NCBI GenBank assembly: GCA_037379345.1 | Contig: CM074519.1 | Coordinates: 40,344,851-40,408,850, forward strand | Length of the DNA stretch: 64,000 nucleotides | Direction: 5' to 3' | From: Perna viridis | Taxonomy: Eukaryota | In this document: piece after piece, positions 39,153 to 54,100 of the stretch | Layout of the letters: each line of letters starts with the position of its first letter | Numbering within the stretch: position 1 is the first letter of the stretch | Program-made: the position numbers and the translations under genes | The notes under the pieces: generated by a model | Seen by the model: only the letters and a program-made list of their open reading frames with translations | Databases searched by the model: none | Told to the model about the DNA's origin: nothing

Positions 39153-42100
39153 TCAGAAATTTCCTCCCTGTGAATACTGATGCTCAACTTTAATTCCTCC
39201 CCACTGTAGAATCTGTTTGTCTGGATTCTCATCCCAGTCTTGCTCCAACTTGAGCTAAAAATACAGAGAAAAAAAATACATGTAAATACATTTGAAGTGG
39301 TAACTAAAGGTATTAACATACATGTATCATTGGGATTTAAAAGTATGTCATTACTATTGCTAAATGAGTATCTGATGCCTAGAATCAGACACAAGTCCTT
39401 CCAAAAAACCATCGTGGGCACAAATTTCTAATATGTATAGAAAGCACAGCATTCTTTGTAAGTCACAAATAAAAGAAATTCACATTTGTATCAATTTTTT
39501 TTTTTTCATTTGCAAGTGAAAAAGAAGATCCTTCCTTCAATATACATACTTCAAATTCATGTTAAAAACAATTATTAAGGGTAAATATCGAGAAATTTTC
39601 ACATATAACGGGGTTGACTGTTAACTGACCTTCAGATTTACAATTATAAAAGAAAATATAAGTTTGTTATGATTTTAGCTACCATAAATTAAGAAATTTG
39701 GCATTTGTGTTAGTATTGGTGGTTTGCAAGGATGCTCACCTATAAAGTAATAATGATGTAAAAAAATAATTTCCCTTACACTACAATAGTTACAATTTCA
39801 CAGTTTGCTCAATTATAATAAACGAGTCTCATTGTCTCTTCTGCTTTTGTAGTTTTATGTCCATCTTATTTTCAGGTAAAATATTTATGGCATAAATTTT
39901 TTTTTTTTGTCTTTGATTTTGAATGGCTGCAAATAAACGTTTGAATAATTTAACAATAAGAACCATCATTATTGTATGCAGATAATTTTTCTTTATAACA
40001 ACCTGAAAAGTTAACTTTCAAAATTTCTCATCAATAGCTTGGCTGTAAACAATATGAAAATCAACTTCTTGCAATTTTTTTTCTTTTTTTCACAAAACCG
40101 TACATCTACAAATGTGTATATAAGTACAAAAACACATCATTTATCTTCAAAATGAATAAAAAAAAGATGATAAGAAAATAATAAATCACAACCACCACCT
40201 AAAATCTATTAAAATCTACATCTGTATTTGTTACATGTAAATCTTGATTATATTGCATGGATTGTCTCCCTTAGAAATAAATCGCAAATCTTTTTTATAA
40301 ATTTCAGACATATATAAACAACATCAAGTAGCTTAGAATAGCATTAAAACAGGATATTGTTCTTAAACTTTCAGAAAAAAATACATATTGTTTTATATAA
40401 AATTTTAAGTTAAAGAAAAATCAAGTTCAATTCATAAGCGTGTGGTGGCAGTTAAAGGGAGATAACCCATGTCAAGCTACTCATGGAAAAGGAAGAAGTT
40501 AGTATTTCTCTAGCTTTTAAGCTCACTTACTCTACTGAAACTTTTCTGCATCTGCTATAGTCATAACAGAACAAGGCAGTGTTAATATTAATAATTATCT
40601 ATAGGAGCAAAGCATTAGGTCGTATGTCGTGGAGAACAGTACCTGAACTGGTCCATGGAATAAAAATTGGGACCGGTCATCGATCACTGATCAGTTTCCA
40701 ATCAGTCAAAGATCTGTCACACAACAGTCAATATATTTTATGGATTCTGTTGTTTTATTTTTCAATTTACACATTTTAACAGTAGATTAAAACATCAATT
40801 AACACTTTTCTTTTACATTTCTTTAATTTTTAACAGATCGTCTGTCATTTTGCATAAGAAAACTGCAATCAGATCAGTCACCTGTCATCAGTTATCTATC
40901 TGTCAGCTATCAATCAGTCAGTGGTCATCGATCTGTCAAATCATTGTGCAGATCGGTTCAGGGACTGTAAAATATTAATTAAACAAGCACTGCACAATCA
41001 CACAGGTTATTAATTAGTTACATGGTAGGGAAATTTAAAGATGGAGAAATTATTCTAAGATAAGAGAAACTTTCATTTCAGTACTGAAATTGACTTCAGG
41101 AATTATAGTGAACAGTTCCCACCATATAATATATTCACATTTGTTATTAAAAGTAGTGTTAAAAAATACAATCTAATTTTTTTAAGCAACACTTGCTTTA
41201 TCTAATACTTGATGAAAAACATTCATTGCCTCAGGCACTACTCAGGCAGATAAACTCAATTAAGTGTAAACATTTAGCAACAGCTATATTAGGTTGTAAA
41301 TTACAAACTGTTAGAATAGTAAGAGATTAATGAACACACAGTAATAAGCTACGACAATAGATTAACTTTTAATCATTGATACCTTTCTCTGTTTATGTCT
41401 TTCTATATCTTTCTGTTCCCACGATTTCTGTTTTAATTGGGCTTCTTTTGTAGCTGTTGAACCACATCCCCATACCTTCAAGGCACCAGAATCAATGAAT
41501 TAATAAAAAATCATGAAGAATTAAAGGGCAATATCAGTAAAAAATTTTGTTGTCATAATATTAATTATATTCTCTATGATTTGGTCATTTTATCTACTTC
41601 TTGGATAGCTAGATATTCAAGATATCATATCATGGGAAGATGTGATGTGAACTATGAATATTTTCTTACATTGTCCTCCCATAACAACTGGTGATATCAT
41701 ATATGAATAATTACTAAAATTTCTGTCATGTCAGATACCAAATGTCAAGTAGTCAAATACTCCAGCGGAATAATAGAGAAAAAGGTTTAGTAACTCTTGA
41801 AATTTGATTATTGTGAAACATAAACTGGCATTATTTAATTTCAACATCATAAAAAATTCACTAAGGCAGGTTTGTTATCATGTTGAAATTGAATAACTCG
41901 AGATGATATTTTGCGATGCATTATGAAATCTATACGTATAATTAACTAATAAGTGTGAATAACATACAATAACTGATGGAACGGGTCAGTGAAAAACATG
42001 CAATAACTGATGGAACAGGTCAGTGAAAAACATACAATAACTGATGGAATGGGTCAGTGAAAAACATACAATAACTGATGGAACAGGTCAGTGAAACACA

Positions 42101-45100
42101 TACAATAACTGATGGAACGGGTCAGTGAAAAATATACAATAACTGATGGAACGGGTCAGTGAAAAACATACAATAACTGATGGAACGGGTCAGTGAAACA
42201 CATACAATAACTGATGGAACGGGTCAGTGAAACACATACAATAACTGATGGAACGGGTCAGTGAAAAACATACAATAACTGATGGAACAGGTCAGTGAAA
42301 AACATCAACTATTATTACATGTTTTATCAAATTCATTTCACTAAGAAAAATTGACCAATCACTACAATCTACTATTACGTAATAATATAACATACAAAAC
42401 TACATCCCACTTCTTAGATTACCTCCATTTTATTTATCATACAGCTGACTCCATAATGTTCTAATCTGTCAAAATCTGAAGGGATGACAATGACTAGAGA
42501 TTTAGGGTCTTTTCCAACAAATATTCCCTTCCTCATGTCTCTGGAGTGTTCATTCCAGAGCACCATGGGACCTCCAGCTGCAATGCAAAAATAAGTGAAG
42601 AAGCACATTCTCACTTAAACGTTATGTCTCCCTCCTTTGAAAGAGAGATAAATACAAACAAATACCATACATTGTACTATTCTCTGAAAAAAATAATAAT
42701 TTGTGGAATATCTAAATCTGGTCTGAGCTTCATTAAAAAAATGCAAATGAGATATTCCTTAAATCCTTCAGTTTTCCCTAAAATCTTCCATTTCATGCAA
42801 TCTGACTTGTGAAACTTGGAGAGGATTGAAGGAAATTTATTTGAAGAATTTTTAGGATACAAGATTCAGAAGTTTTTGTGTCATTATTTGACTTTTTAGT
42901 TTATTTTGAAGGTCATTGTTTAGTTACCATGGATTTTATCACTTTTGTTGTCAGGGCCTTTCAGAGCTTACTTAAAGAGGTGTGATCTCTTTAACTATTT
43001 ACTATTTAAAAGAGTAATCAAGGGAACCAAGGTTATAGCGATAACCAAAAGAATGTAATCCGGGGACAAAGACCAGACATGGAAAACAGACATACACAAA
43101 AAAGAACATAAAGTAACTAAAATCATACATACAAAGTAACAAAACCAAATGAGCAACTTGGACTCCACTAAAAAATCGTATAAATAAATTTTATACGATG
43201 GTGCATACGTTGTGTTTCACCACATCTGTTCCTAATTCTATTATATAAGTACAAAGTATTAAGACAGTGCCATCTCATTGTGATTTGATCTAACCATAGC
43301 TGTAGAAGTAGTCATCTCAGTTTCTATATATCGGTACATCTTATCCTGACTATATGCAAATAGAAAGAAAAAAACATGTACATGTCTGTATTCCTTGCTT
43401 TATTAAGGAGATTTAAGATACAAATATAATAAACTCACAAACTAAACAATAAAGTTTACCTTGAACAACCCTGAAGACAGGAGTTATCTGTAATAACATT
43501 GTATCTGCTCCTCCAAATCTCTGAGTTCCCTCCCTTAAATGAAAAAAAAGAATATTTTGCTTTGATGATATTTGTTTAGCTTGGAATAAAGCCTGAAATT
43601 AGATATAAATAAATACATTGATTATGGTATACCAATATTTGATCAATTTGACAGGTTTTCTTGTTATTTTACTGTTCTAATATATTATAGCGAGTAAAAT
43701 AGTTAACTTCAAGGAAGAAAGCACTGAATGACACTCACTTGATGAAATGTCTAATGTAGTGAATTGGATACTTGAGGAGATTTAAACTTTCGCTTAAACA
43801 CATATTAAAATGACAGTGGTACAATGAAAAAATTAATCTGTCAATTTTGAAGAAAGTTCATTTGGCAATAGTCAAATGAAGTTAACTATTTCATTAGTTT
43901 ATACAATAGGAAAAACATTATATTTTATGTGTACCATACCTCCAGCCAGTATCCTGAGCAACACAGTATACATTCCTTCCTTCAAATGACATGAGTGTGA
44001 TCGTTGGACCATGATATGATGTCACATGATGTGTAAACCTAGAACAATTTTAAAAATTAACATTACTGTTTAATGCTTTATAACAATCAGCGTTTGTATA
44101 TCTTATCATTTAACACCGTTACTACTCATTTTTGATCAATTTAGAGCTGAAAAAAATTTCATGCAATAATTTACCTTCTCTCATCATTTACAGTTTTGCA
44201 GCAAAATTAAAGCAATCACATAATTCTCCAGACAGCTAAAACATTTTCTTACATGAACCTTATGCTTTAACTGTCAGAAGCAAATACCTCAATTCAGAAA
44301 ATAATGGAAAAACGTAAAAGATTGTAATCACAGGTTTGATTGGCATCTTAAAATACAATGTGTGAAAAATAAGGAATTATACCCCACATGCCTATATATG
44401 CACTCTCTCTCCGTAAACCAGAAAAGAGCATTTTTCGGACAAGAAAAATAGAAATGGATGATGCAATCTGACCAAAGACAGATGATCAACCTATAGAAGA
44501 GTAATCAAGGAAATTAAGATTCTGGTGGCTACAAATTGGCTTTCAATACAAGCAGTGTGGACATTTTTACAGCCATTCTGCAGATGGCTATCACTGGACA
44601 CTTTTGGTGCAAAAATGATCAAATACTAAGAACAAAAACAATGTGATGTATTCAGATGAAATTCATCAGTTGTACAAAATATTTACCAAATTAGAAAATT
44701 TCTGTGAAAATCCCATTCAAGCCATTATCCAATGTTTGAAGAAACCTGTTCTCCAAGCAACAAGACAAAATATTTTCTTTTAATTAAGCATTTCTCAAAA
44801 CAACAAGCCAAAATATTTTTTTTATTAAGTATTCTCCAAGCAACAAGCAAAAATATTTTTATTTAAGTCTCCTTCTCAAAAAATGGTTCCCTAAGAAAAT
44901 CCAAGCTTCTACTGCTACAAGCCAGGAGATGTCATCTAGACAACAGGCCTTAATCAATAATTTTTAAAGATGTCCCCCTTCCAAATCAGTTGAACCCTTG
45001 GACAGATTTCTGTTATAATCAATCCATTTTAAGCTCTTACTATTATTATTATTCATTCACCAAAGTTAGGTGGGAAATTCCGAAATCCGTAAAAACTGAA

Positions 45101-48100
45101 GGCCATTCAAAGGCCACAACTTATAATGATACAATGACAGACGCACAATCACATGGACAGACAAACAGATTGGGCAAACACATTATATCCCAACAACTTG
45201 TTGAATGACTAATTACTAATATCTGGATATACAAGGTTTTATGTTCAATGTGTTGTATTTCTGGACTTCCCTTGGTTTTTACATTAAATTTACATATACA
45301 TGTATAAACCTGCAATTATTACCTATTGAGAGACAGCCCATCTTCAGTACTGTTATACAATGAAGTCCAGCTCTGACATCTACTGAGACGAGCCTAATAA
45401 ATAAACAGTTTGATGAAGAAATTGTTAGGTAGAATTAATTTTTTTTCAATGCCTTTAGGATATTTCTTTTCACTATATACATTTTTACAAGAAGACCAGT
45501 AATGTGCAAACTAAGAAAACAGGAATTTTCATCAAAAGACATCAGATATTTAAAACTGTGTGAAAGGTGATTAAATGAAAATAGTTCTCCATTTAAAGTA
45601 TTTAAATCAAATGCCAGAGAAATTAACTGATTTACATTATTTTATGGACAAAAATATTATGTTTCAAGCAGTGAAAAGACGACAGACAATCTGTTCACAT
45701 CTTTACTCTATAAATAAAGATTATAAGGTCAATAAACAGTTAAGAATCAATCATAGATTTATAGAAGCCAATAATAATGACAATACTACTGCTTGATATA
45801 AGTAAAAATATACAGTGTAATGTACAGTGTAGATATAAGTAAAAATATACAGTGTAATGTACTGTGTAGATATAAGTAAAAATATACAGTGTAATGTACA
45901 GTGTAAATAAAGTGGTTTTTCATTAATTGATTTTCTGTCAAGGGAAAATTGCAAAAATATTTTTCATTTGTTCTGTAGAAACATATGAAAAAAATCATGC
46001 ACAAAAATATATATTTCCAAAATGTCCTAAACATATGGAAACATATTTCATATGATAAGAACAACAATGACAATGATAACAGGGTGATTTAACGAAAAAA
46101 ATTTTTTTTTTGCTGTCACATGAAAACTTTTAGCAAAGCTTACTTGGTAATATTCCCTCTTCCTTTCATGGAAACAATATCAGCATCCCCAAAAGTCATT
46201 TAGATGAAAAAACATAATAGGAGGTGCACAATGACATATGAAAAAGAATGTGTGAAAGTTTTATCAAATTCCATTCAACACTTTTAAGAGGAGCTGATGA
46301 TTAGAAGAATCTGTCCCTTGGTTAACCAATTAAAAGGTCAATTTTTTGCAACAGTAAACCCCAAAATTCATTAATATGAAAAAAAAAACAAAAAAAAGAA
46401 AGTTCTCAAATGGTTTCATCATGACCAACCATTTTTCCTAGTAACTAAAACTGTTTCCTAGAATATGACATAATTTAGTCAAAAAGTTTTACACAAAATC
46501 TGATAAAGTGACTTAAAATTTTAAATTCCAGACAAAAATACTGCATGAACACTATATACCTCCTTCTTTTCAAGAATTCCAAAAACAAAGCATAGCTAAA
46601 CTTACAATTCTCATTAACAGATTGAAGGATGATAGTAATGGATTCCTGACACCCCCACTGGTATCTTCCTCTTTCTGATCGAGGTGTGTATAACTAGCTG
46701 GTATTACTGTTGATAAAGCCCATAACATACCCATACTCATACAGTGCTTAGCTTGTTCAAATTTCTCCAACTCAGGTACTCTGGCTGTCTCCTAAAAAAA
46801 GGGCAAGTGGATATGATTCATCCTCAGATCTAAACTAATAAAAAGGGACTTAATTTTAATTTTTTTATGAAATTCTTGAAAAAAAAATATCATATTAGTT
46901 GAACAGACCTTGTTCATTAGTTGATTTAGGTGGCAAGGAATTTTGTCATTTTAAGAAAAAAATGTTTTGACAAGAGTCAAGTAAAATTTAAAATATACTA
47001 ACCTGTTCTGAAGGCATCTTACACCCTGTCAGGATTCTATACACCCAGTTGTGTGTCCCACAGCCCCAGGCAGGAAGTGTTATATACATGTACTAACATG
47101 TTCGGAAGGCATCTTAGACTCTGTCAGGATTCTATACACCCAGTAGTGTGTCACACAGCCCCAGGCAGGAAGTGTTATATACTAACATGTTCTGAAGGCA
47201 TCTTACACCCTGTCAGGATTGTATACACCCAGGTGTGTGTCCCACAGCCCAAGGCAGGAAGTGTTATATACTAACCTGTTCTGAAGGCATCTTAAACCCT
47301 GTCAGGATTGTATACACCCAGTTGTGTGTCACACAGCCCAAGGCAGGAAGTGTTATATACTAACCTGTTCTGAAGGCATCTTACACCCTGTCAGGATTGT
47401 ATACACCCAGGTGTGTGTCCCACAGCCCAAGGCAGGAAGTGTTACATACTAACCTGTTCTGAAGGCATCTTAAACCCTGTCAGGATTGTATACACCCAGT
47501 TGTGTGTCCCACAGCCCCAGGCAGAAGTGTTATATACTAACCTGTTCTGAAGGCATCTTACACCCTGTCAGGATTGTATACACCCAGGTGTGTGTCACAC
47601 AGCCCAAGGCAGGAAGTGTTACATACTAACCTGTTCTGAAGGCATCTTAAACCCTGTCAGGATTGTATACACCCAGGTGTGTGTCCCACAGCCCAAGGCA
47701 GGAAGTGTTACATACTAACCTGTTCTGAAGGCATCTTAAACCCTGTCAGGATTGTATACACCCAGTTGTGTGTCACACAGCCCCAGGCAGGAAGCGATTT
47801 ATACTAACCTGTTCTGGAGGCATCTTACACCCTGTCAGGATTGTATACACCCAGTTGTGTGTCCCACAGCCCCAGGCAGGAAGTGTTATATACTAACCTG
47901 TTCTGAAGGCATCTTAGACCCAGTCAGGATTGTATACACCCAGTTGTGTGTTCCACAAAACATATGTGGTAAGTTGTTATGGGTCCACTTTTTAAATTCA
48001 TCATACCCCAGTTCTTCATGAGGTCCGAACTGAAAACATACAGAAAGTTGAGCTTTTATAATAATGTATATCATGATAGCTGAACATCTGAGAGGCAAAT

Positions 48101-51100
48101 CATAAGTTCAAAAATAAGAACATTCCTTTTTACTTTTTGATGCTTGGAACAAATTTTAAACATAAGTAAGTATATATGACCCATATTATAGAAAAGCAAA
48201 TCTTTTGAAATTCTTCAAAACCATTAATTGTCAGATAACATTTCATGAAAAAGTAAGACACACTGTGAGCAAAGAAACTACCCTGCTTCAGATGAAGTAA
48301 AACATAAAAAAAGGAGATGTGGTATGAGTGTCTATTAGACAGTCAATAAATATATAAACCCATTAGTTAACTATTAACCTAAACTTAATCTGTGTTCCAA
48401 GGTACTGAATACTGGTGCAATTTTGAATAGAGTGATCAAAACAGAATGACTCAAAAAGTAAAAATGGGCTTGTGCTGAAAATCAAATACGATCTTTATTT
48501 TATAGTACTAAATAATTGTGCAAAGTCGGAAAAAAACCTCTGAGAAGTTCACCAAGGGAAGGACAGACAGACAAATATGAATCAATTCCAAATGATAGTA
48601 TCATATAATAATGTGATGGTGTCAATGTTAATTAGGTATCTAAGATATTTTGTGTATTGCAGATGAATACATGTACAAATGTTCCTTAGGCTGAATTAAT
48701 ACAACAAGTACATATAACCAGGAAATGTGAACATTTCTAACATAACCACAGCTTGTAATGCAGGATGTTTTACATAACAAAATTTTCTTCCTCTTCATAA
48801 GAGTTCTACATGCTTTACATCTCATGACTAGGTTGAAATATTGACCTAAATATGAGCAAGAACAACTGTAGCATTAGAAAAGAAGAACAATCCAGAGACC
48901 CAAGGGACTAAATAAGGAGATGAGATACTTACACAATCAAATACAGTTACATACAATTTCCTTTTGTTGTTTGGGCCTTTTAGACCTTACTCAAAGGTGT
49001 CTTTACACTTACTGAAGACCTTTTGGTGATCTCTGAAGGTACCATATTTATTATTTTGTATTTAGTTAATACGCTGGTGCATTTGTTGCACTTCACCATA
49101 TCTGGTTTGTTTCTATTAGATTCTGTATTATACAGGATAAAAGAAAATAATTTTGGTCCTTTCCATATTTCGACCTGAATACTTTAATCCAGGTCAGCTG
49201 TTTTCTAATGTACAGACTGACATTTTTTCTAATGATTTAGATGGGTCATTATCCCTATAAATCATTGATTTTATGAGCTCCTTTATGATGTTCTAAAGAG
49301 TATGAGAAATCATTCTGATTTCTAGTATAGACATAAAGACAACCTTTATAATTCCACATGATACAAATCCACATAATGTGAGTGAATGAAAACACTGTGC
49401 AACCAATTTGTCTCTACCGACCATCCTTACCTTGGATGGAATGTTACATGGAAGAATAGCATTTCTTAAAATGGAGGAAATAATCAGAAATATATATGTT
49501 AAACAGATGTATAAAGTATATTATTTATTACGATAAGGATAAAGGATTAAGCCAGTAAAAAACAGCTGGGCTCCAGCACATGATATGCCAATCTCCCAAG
49601 TTGAGAATTGATAGTAAAATACCAATATAGATTTTTTTCTATTTTTTGAGTTATTGTATAAGATGTTGATGCTGGACAAACAAACAAACAGATTAACTGA
49701 CAGACATGGGTATACTCTAATATGAGGCAGGTGTAACCTGTAAGAGGACAAAGTTGAATGTATTGATATTTTTTTTTAAAGATAATGCCTTTTACAATTT
49801 TACATTATCTAGGATTTATTTTTCTTCATAATTTAACAAACTTAAAGACTTAAACATTTGATGTTGTTAAAGATACAAAACTATAAAAGATCCTTGCTTT
49901 ATATTACACTTGGTATTACAGATTAACTTCCTGTCAGACTGAAATCAGGCTCTCAATGCTTCTAAGGCCAAAGGTTAAATTCCGATTGACTAACATGCGG
50001 ATTTTGTCTTCCATTACATCTGAGTAATGACAAGGTATACATCTGTTCAAAGAAATGTGTACAAAAACCTTGATTCTATAAATCAGTGATTGATGAGTTC
50101 AGCTTATAACAATTAATCTAAACATAGCTTTAAAATCTCAAGTCATTCAATTCCTCATGTATAAATTTTTTGTTTGCATTACTTCCCAAAGTACTACATT
50201 CTTTTAATTTCATTGAAACAAAGTTGAATATTTTTGCTATCTTTAATTTTTGTATTAAAATATTTGAAGACGTCTAAATCTGTTTATTTTCTCATTGCGT
50301 ATAAGTGTTTTTTTTGTGAAGATTTAATATTTGCTATATCTAAGATTTCCAACAGGATACAAACATGAAAACATGATTTATTTCTCTTTTGCATATATCT
50401 GATATATTAAGAAAGTTACATTTTGTGAAAATAAAATGACCCATATTTATAACTTTTTTCCCATAAAAAATAAACTAAAAAAATATTTATACAGTACTAT
50501 TTCTTGACAGAGAGAAAATTTTCCAAACTGAAAATGGTATTTGATAATTGCCAACGACAAAACCCTACAGGTAGAACGGTACTATATTTTTCACATAGGT
50601 GACAATAATGAAACTTTAAAAAAAGTCACCTCTTTAAAACAATGATGGACCATAAACTTATGGCAAGCCAAAGTCGACAAATAACCATACTTTTTTTTCA
50701 GAATATAGGGGAGGCATTGCCTAAATCAGCAAGCAGTGTGATCTTTACCATATATGTACCGTCTGTGTGAGACTCGTAAAAATAATAAGGGACATTACAA
50801 AGGGGGGTTGACCAGGATGAAAATGTTTATTTCACAAATGCAATATTTTTATTTATATATAAGCAGCAAGTGAAATCAATATTTTTATTTGAAAATTGGC
50901 CTTGTTAATTAATGGGGGAGTTTTTTTTTCAATAAATGAATAACTCGAGAAAAGAAAGTTTTTTTCCAAAATTCCAACCCCATACCCCCTTTCCCCTTGC
51001 TCTGAAAATGGTCAGTAACTTTATAGCACTTTGCAAAACTTTACATACTCTATCCCTTAAAGGCATCTCTAGCAACATCCATTTCAGTTTTGGCCCGTCA

Positions 51101-54100
51101 GATTAATCTGTACAGATACCGGAAATATTACAGTTCTTCACGGATGGTGGGAATATTTTATACATATCATGTGACGTAAACAAAATTCAGACGATAGCTG
51201 CAAATTCCAAACAAGAAAATGATTGCCTTTCTTATCTTAGTAAAGCTATGCTTCGATTTGGATAATATGATAAGAGTTGTTTTTTTTTCAAGGCTGGTTA
51301 GGTTCTTGACAACAGCGACAGTGGAACAGCGAAGATACACGTACATATATCCATGTGTTTTGCAAACTTTTTAAAAACATCATGTTTACTTCTTTTAATT
51401 TATAAAAAAAAATAGAGAAAGACTTCAAATTTATCAGAAATGATGAATTTATTTTTAATGAAACGTAATCTTAACCTATGTATTTTTATTTGTTTGGTTT
51501 AAGGAAGCCATGAATTTTCTCCGTAAGGACAGTCACTTTTCGTTACTTCCGGGACATGACTTTTATTTTGTTAGTTTATTGGGGAACCCTAAGGGATTTT
51601 AGATAATACATATAAAATAACAGTAGAGCTCATAGCTCACTACTAAAAAATGATTTTGTAATACTAAAAAATAAATTTCTAATATTAAAAAATAATTTTT
51701 TACAACAAAAATTCATTTTTTAATATTAGAAATTCATATTTTTTACTGTTCTACCTCTATACAAATTATTGGTCATTACTCCTCATCTTCAAAGTTGATT
51801 TTATCAACCTAGTTTATACATACCCTCATTAACTCAAGTAATTTAACTTTGGAACTATAGGGGTTGAACATAAAATAAAATGAAACCATAGTTTTATCTA
51901 CTTCTGCAATTTAGGTAGTATTCATATGAAGCTAAATATATATATATATATAACCCTGAACCTCTGAGTCAGTACTCAAGTTTACATGACTGAGACATTC
52001 AATATTTGTTATGTATAACTGAATAACAATAATTACTAAAAGTTGATGAAATGTTAGAATGGTTTACAGGTTATTGCAGCATTATAGAAAATTCTGCTTG
52101 AATCTGTTATATTGCCTAATTTCTACACAGCATAATAACTCAGAAACTTAAGATTGAAAGGTGTTGGTGCAGTAAGGGCAAAATTTGGCCTCAAAATCAA
52201 AGTCTCCCTGAAGAAACTTTTATGATGTTTCTCCAGCTCTTTAATGTTTTTTATAGTTGATTTAATTAGTGTATGGTAATCATTAGAACATATACAATCA
52301 TATTTGCCCTTCAAACTTGGTTGAAATTGGAAAAAAAATTGTGAAAAAGGCTGGAAAACACCAGAATTTGAACAGTTTTCCACTTTTTTAACAATGGCCG
52401 CATGCATGTTTATTCTCATATTCATATTATTTTGAGTATAATTGTCAGTTACAACTCATGTGAAAATATCTTGATGAACAAATATGTGGCCTAATCCGTT
52501 CCAGTCAAATAACATCTTAAAAATAACTGAAATATGAAAAGTTTAAGGTTTTTGTAAAAGTTACATAAATACATACTGTTAGTTCTAAAATAACAACATA
52601 AATATTGTCCAAAATAGCTTGTTACAGTGTTTACAACCATTTTACTATATTACTACTACCTAGAAATCAGCTTTAATTAAATTTTTAAAATGCACAAATT
52701 AGGAGGCCAAAAGGGGTCCTTACTGAACTTTCTCCTTTCTCCAAAAAGAATACAGACCATTAGACCATTATAGACCAAGTTCTTTGTATAAAGGGTTCAT
52801 AAGAAAAAAAATCTTAGTGTACATCAAAATGACACAGGATTTTTTTAGGTTATCTGTATGTTCAATGTACATGATCTTTAACTTCTTTTACTTTAATTCA
52901 GAATACCTTAATGGGTTGGGTTTAATTTATCAATCTTTGAAACTGACAGTGACCAATCAGAAGCTTAGACAGCCTCTGGCAACTATGTTGTGAATAATTT
53001 GTAGATACTTCTGAGACATCATTCCAGCCAATTTCTGTTGATCATTTCTAAAAATGGTATATTTTCATATATTTGACATTGAGCAATATGATAAAAGTTC
53101 AAAGAGGGAAGATGAGGGGTGTAAACTGATTGTATATGCTCACTTAGACCTATGGAGAGATTATTATAGATACTCTCCCGTAAAAAAAATCATAGCTATT
53201 TCAGAAGTAGAAATGGAGTATATCTATGAAACTATGGTCAAAGTTCTGAAAAACTTTGTTTTAGGGGTAAAAATCTTGGAATGTTATATTTTACTTACCA
53301 TACCACTGACAATACTGTCAAAGACTTTGTCATCATTGGTACTTTTGGAATATTTTATGTTAGAAGCTCCAAGAGTCAGACAGTAACACACATTAACCAT
53401 CTGTACGCCATCTAAAATAATATATCTTATCTTTATTTTCAATTTCAAATTGTACTTAAAGTAGAAAAATAAAACTGTAAGCAAAGCTCACTAAAGGATA
53501 TCCCCTGCTCCCCATTCAAATACCATTATAGTCAAAATAAAAAGGATATCACCAAACAGGAAGTTAATGTTGACAAACAGAAGAACAAATGGACAGATGG
53601 ACAGACACCATGATCAATAAAGCTTGACAGGTTTAATAGTATCAATATTTCTTGGGGGGGAGGGGTGGTGCAGTGATGGATACTTAGTCGATTAAAGTTT
53701 CCATAGCAACTTGTCAATATATGAAAATAGGTGTGAGCTCCATTGATGGCATCTGTTTTTATGGTTATACATGTACCTTCATACAAAAATATAATTACAA
53801 CAAATATTTCCAAATTTTTACCTATAATCCACTACTTATATTTTTTGAGTCAAGAAACAAACAGAATAAATAGGGATCTAATACTGTATAAAGTTTTGAG
53901 AGAATCCACCATGTAATAATGGAGGAAATTCCAATGGGAACAAATTGTGCTCCTTTATTTGCTGACCTATTCCTTCACTCTTAAGAGGCTGACTTCATAG
54001 CTAATCTGATCCAAAAGAAAGAATATCGTTTGGCTAGATCCTTTAATCTCAGTTTCTGCTATTTAGATGATGTATTATCTTTACACAATCCTAATTTCGG

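Noticed and set aside
41961-42305. CRISPR-like appearance of a 34-bp repeat array (also arrays at 47, 56 and 61 kb)
   Set aside because: Units are head-to-tail with no unique spacers, there are no cas genes, and the context is eukaryotic intron.
48640-48845. Cys/Lys-rich ORF as an extra TLDc exon
   Set aside because: Its phase is incompatible with the flanking phase-0 junction, which already joins cleanly (53299 to 48029).
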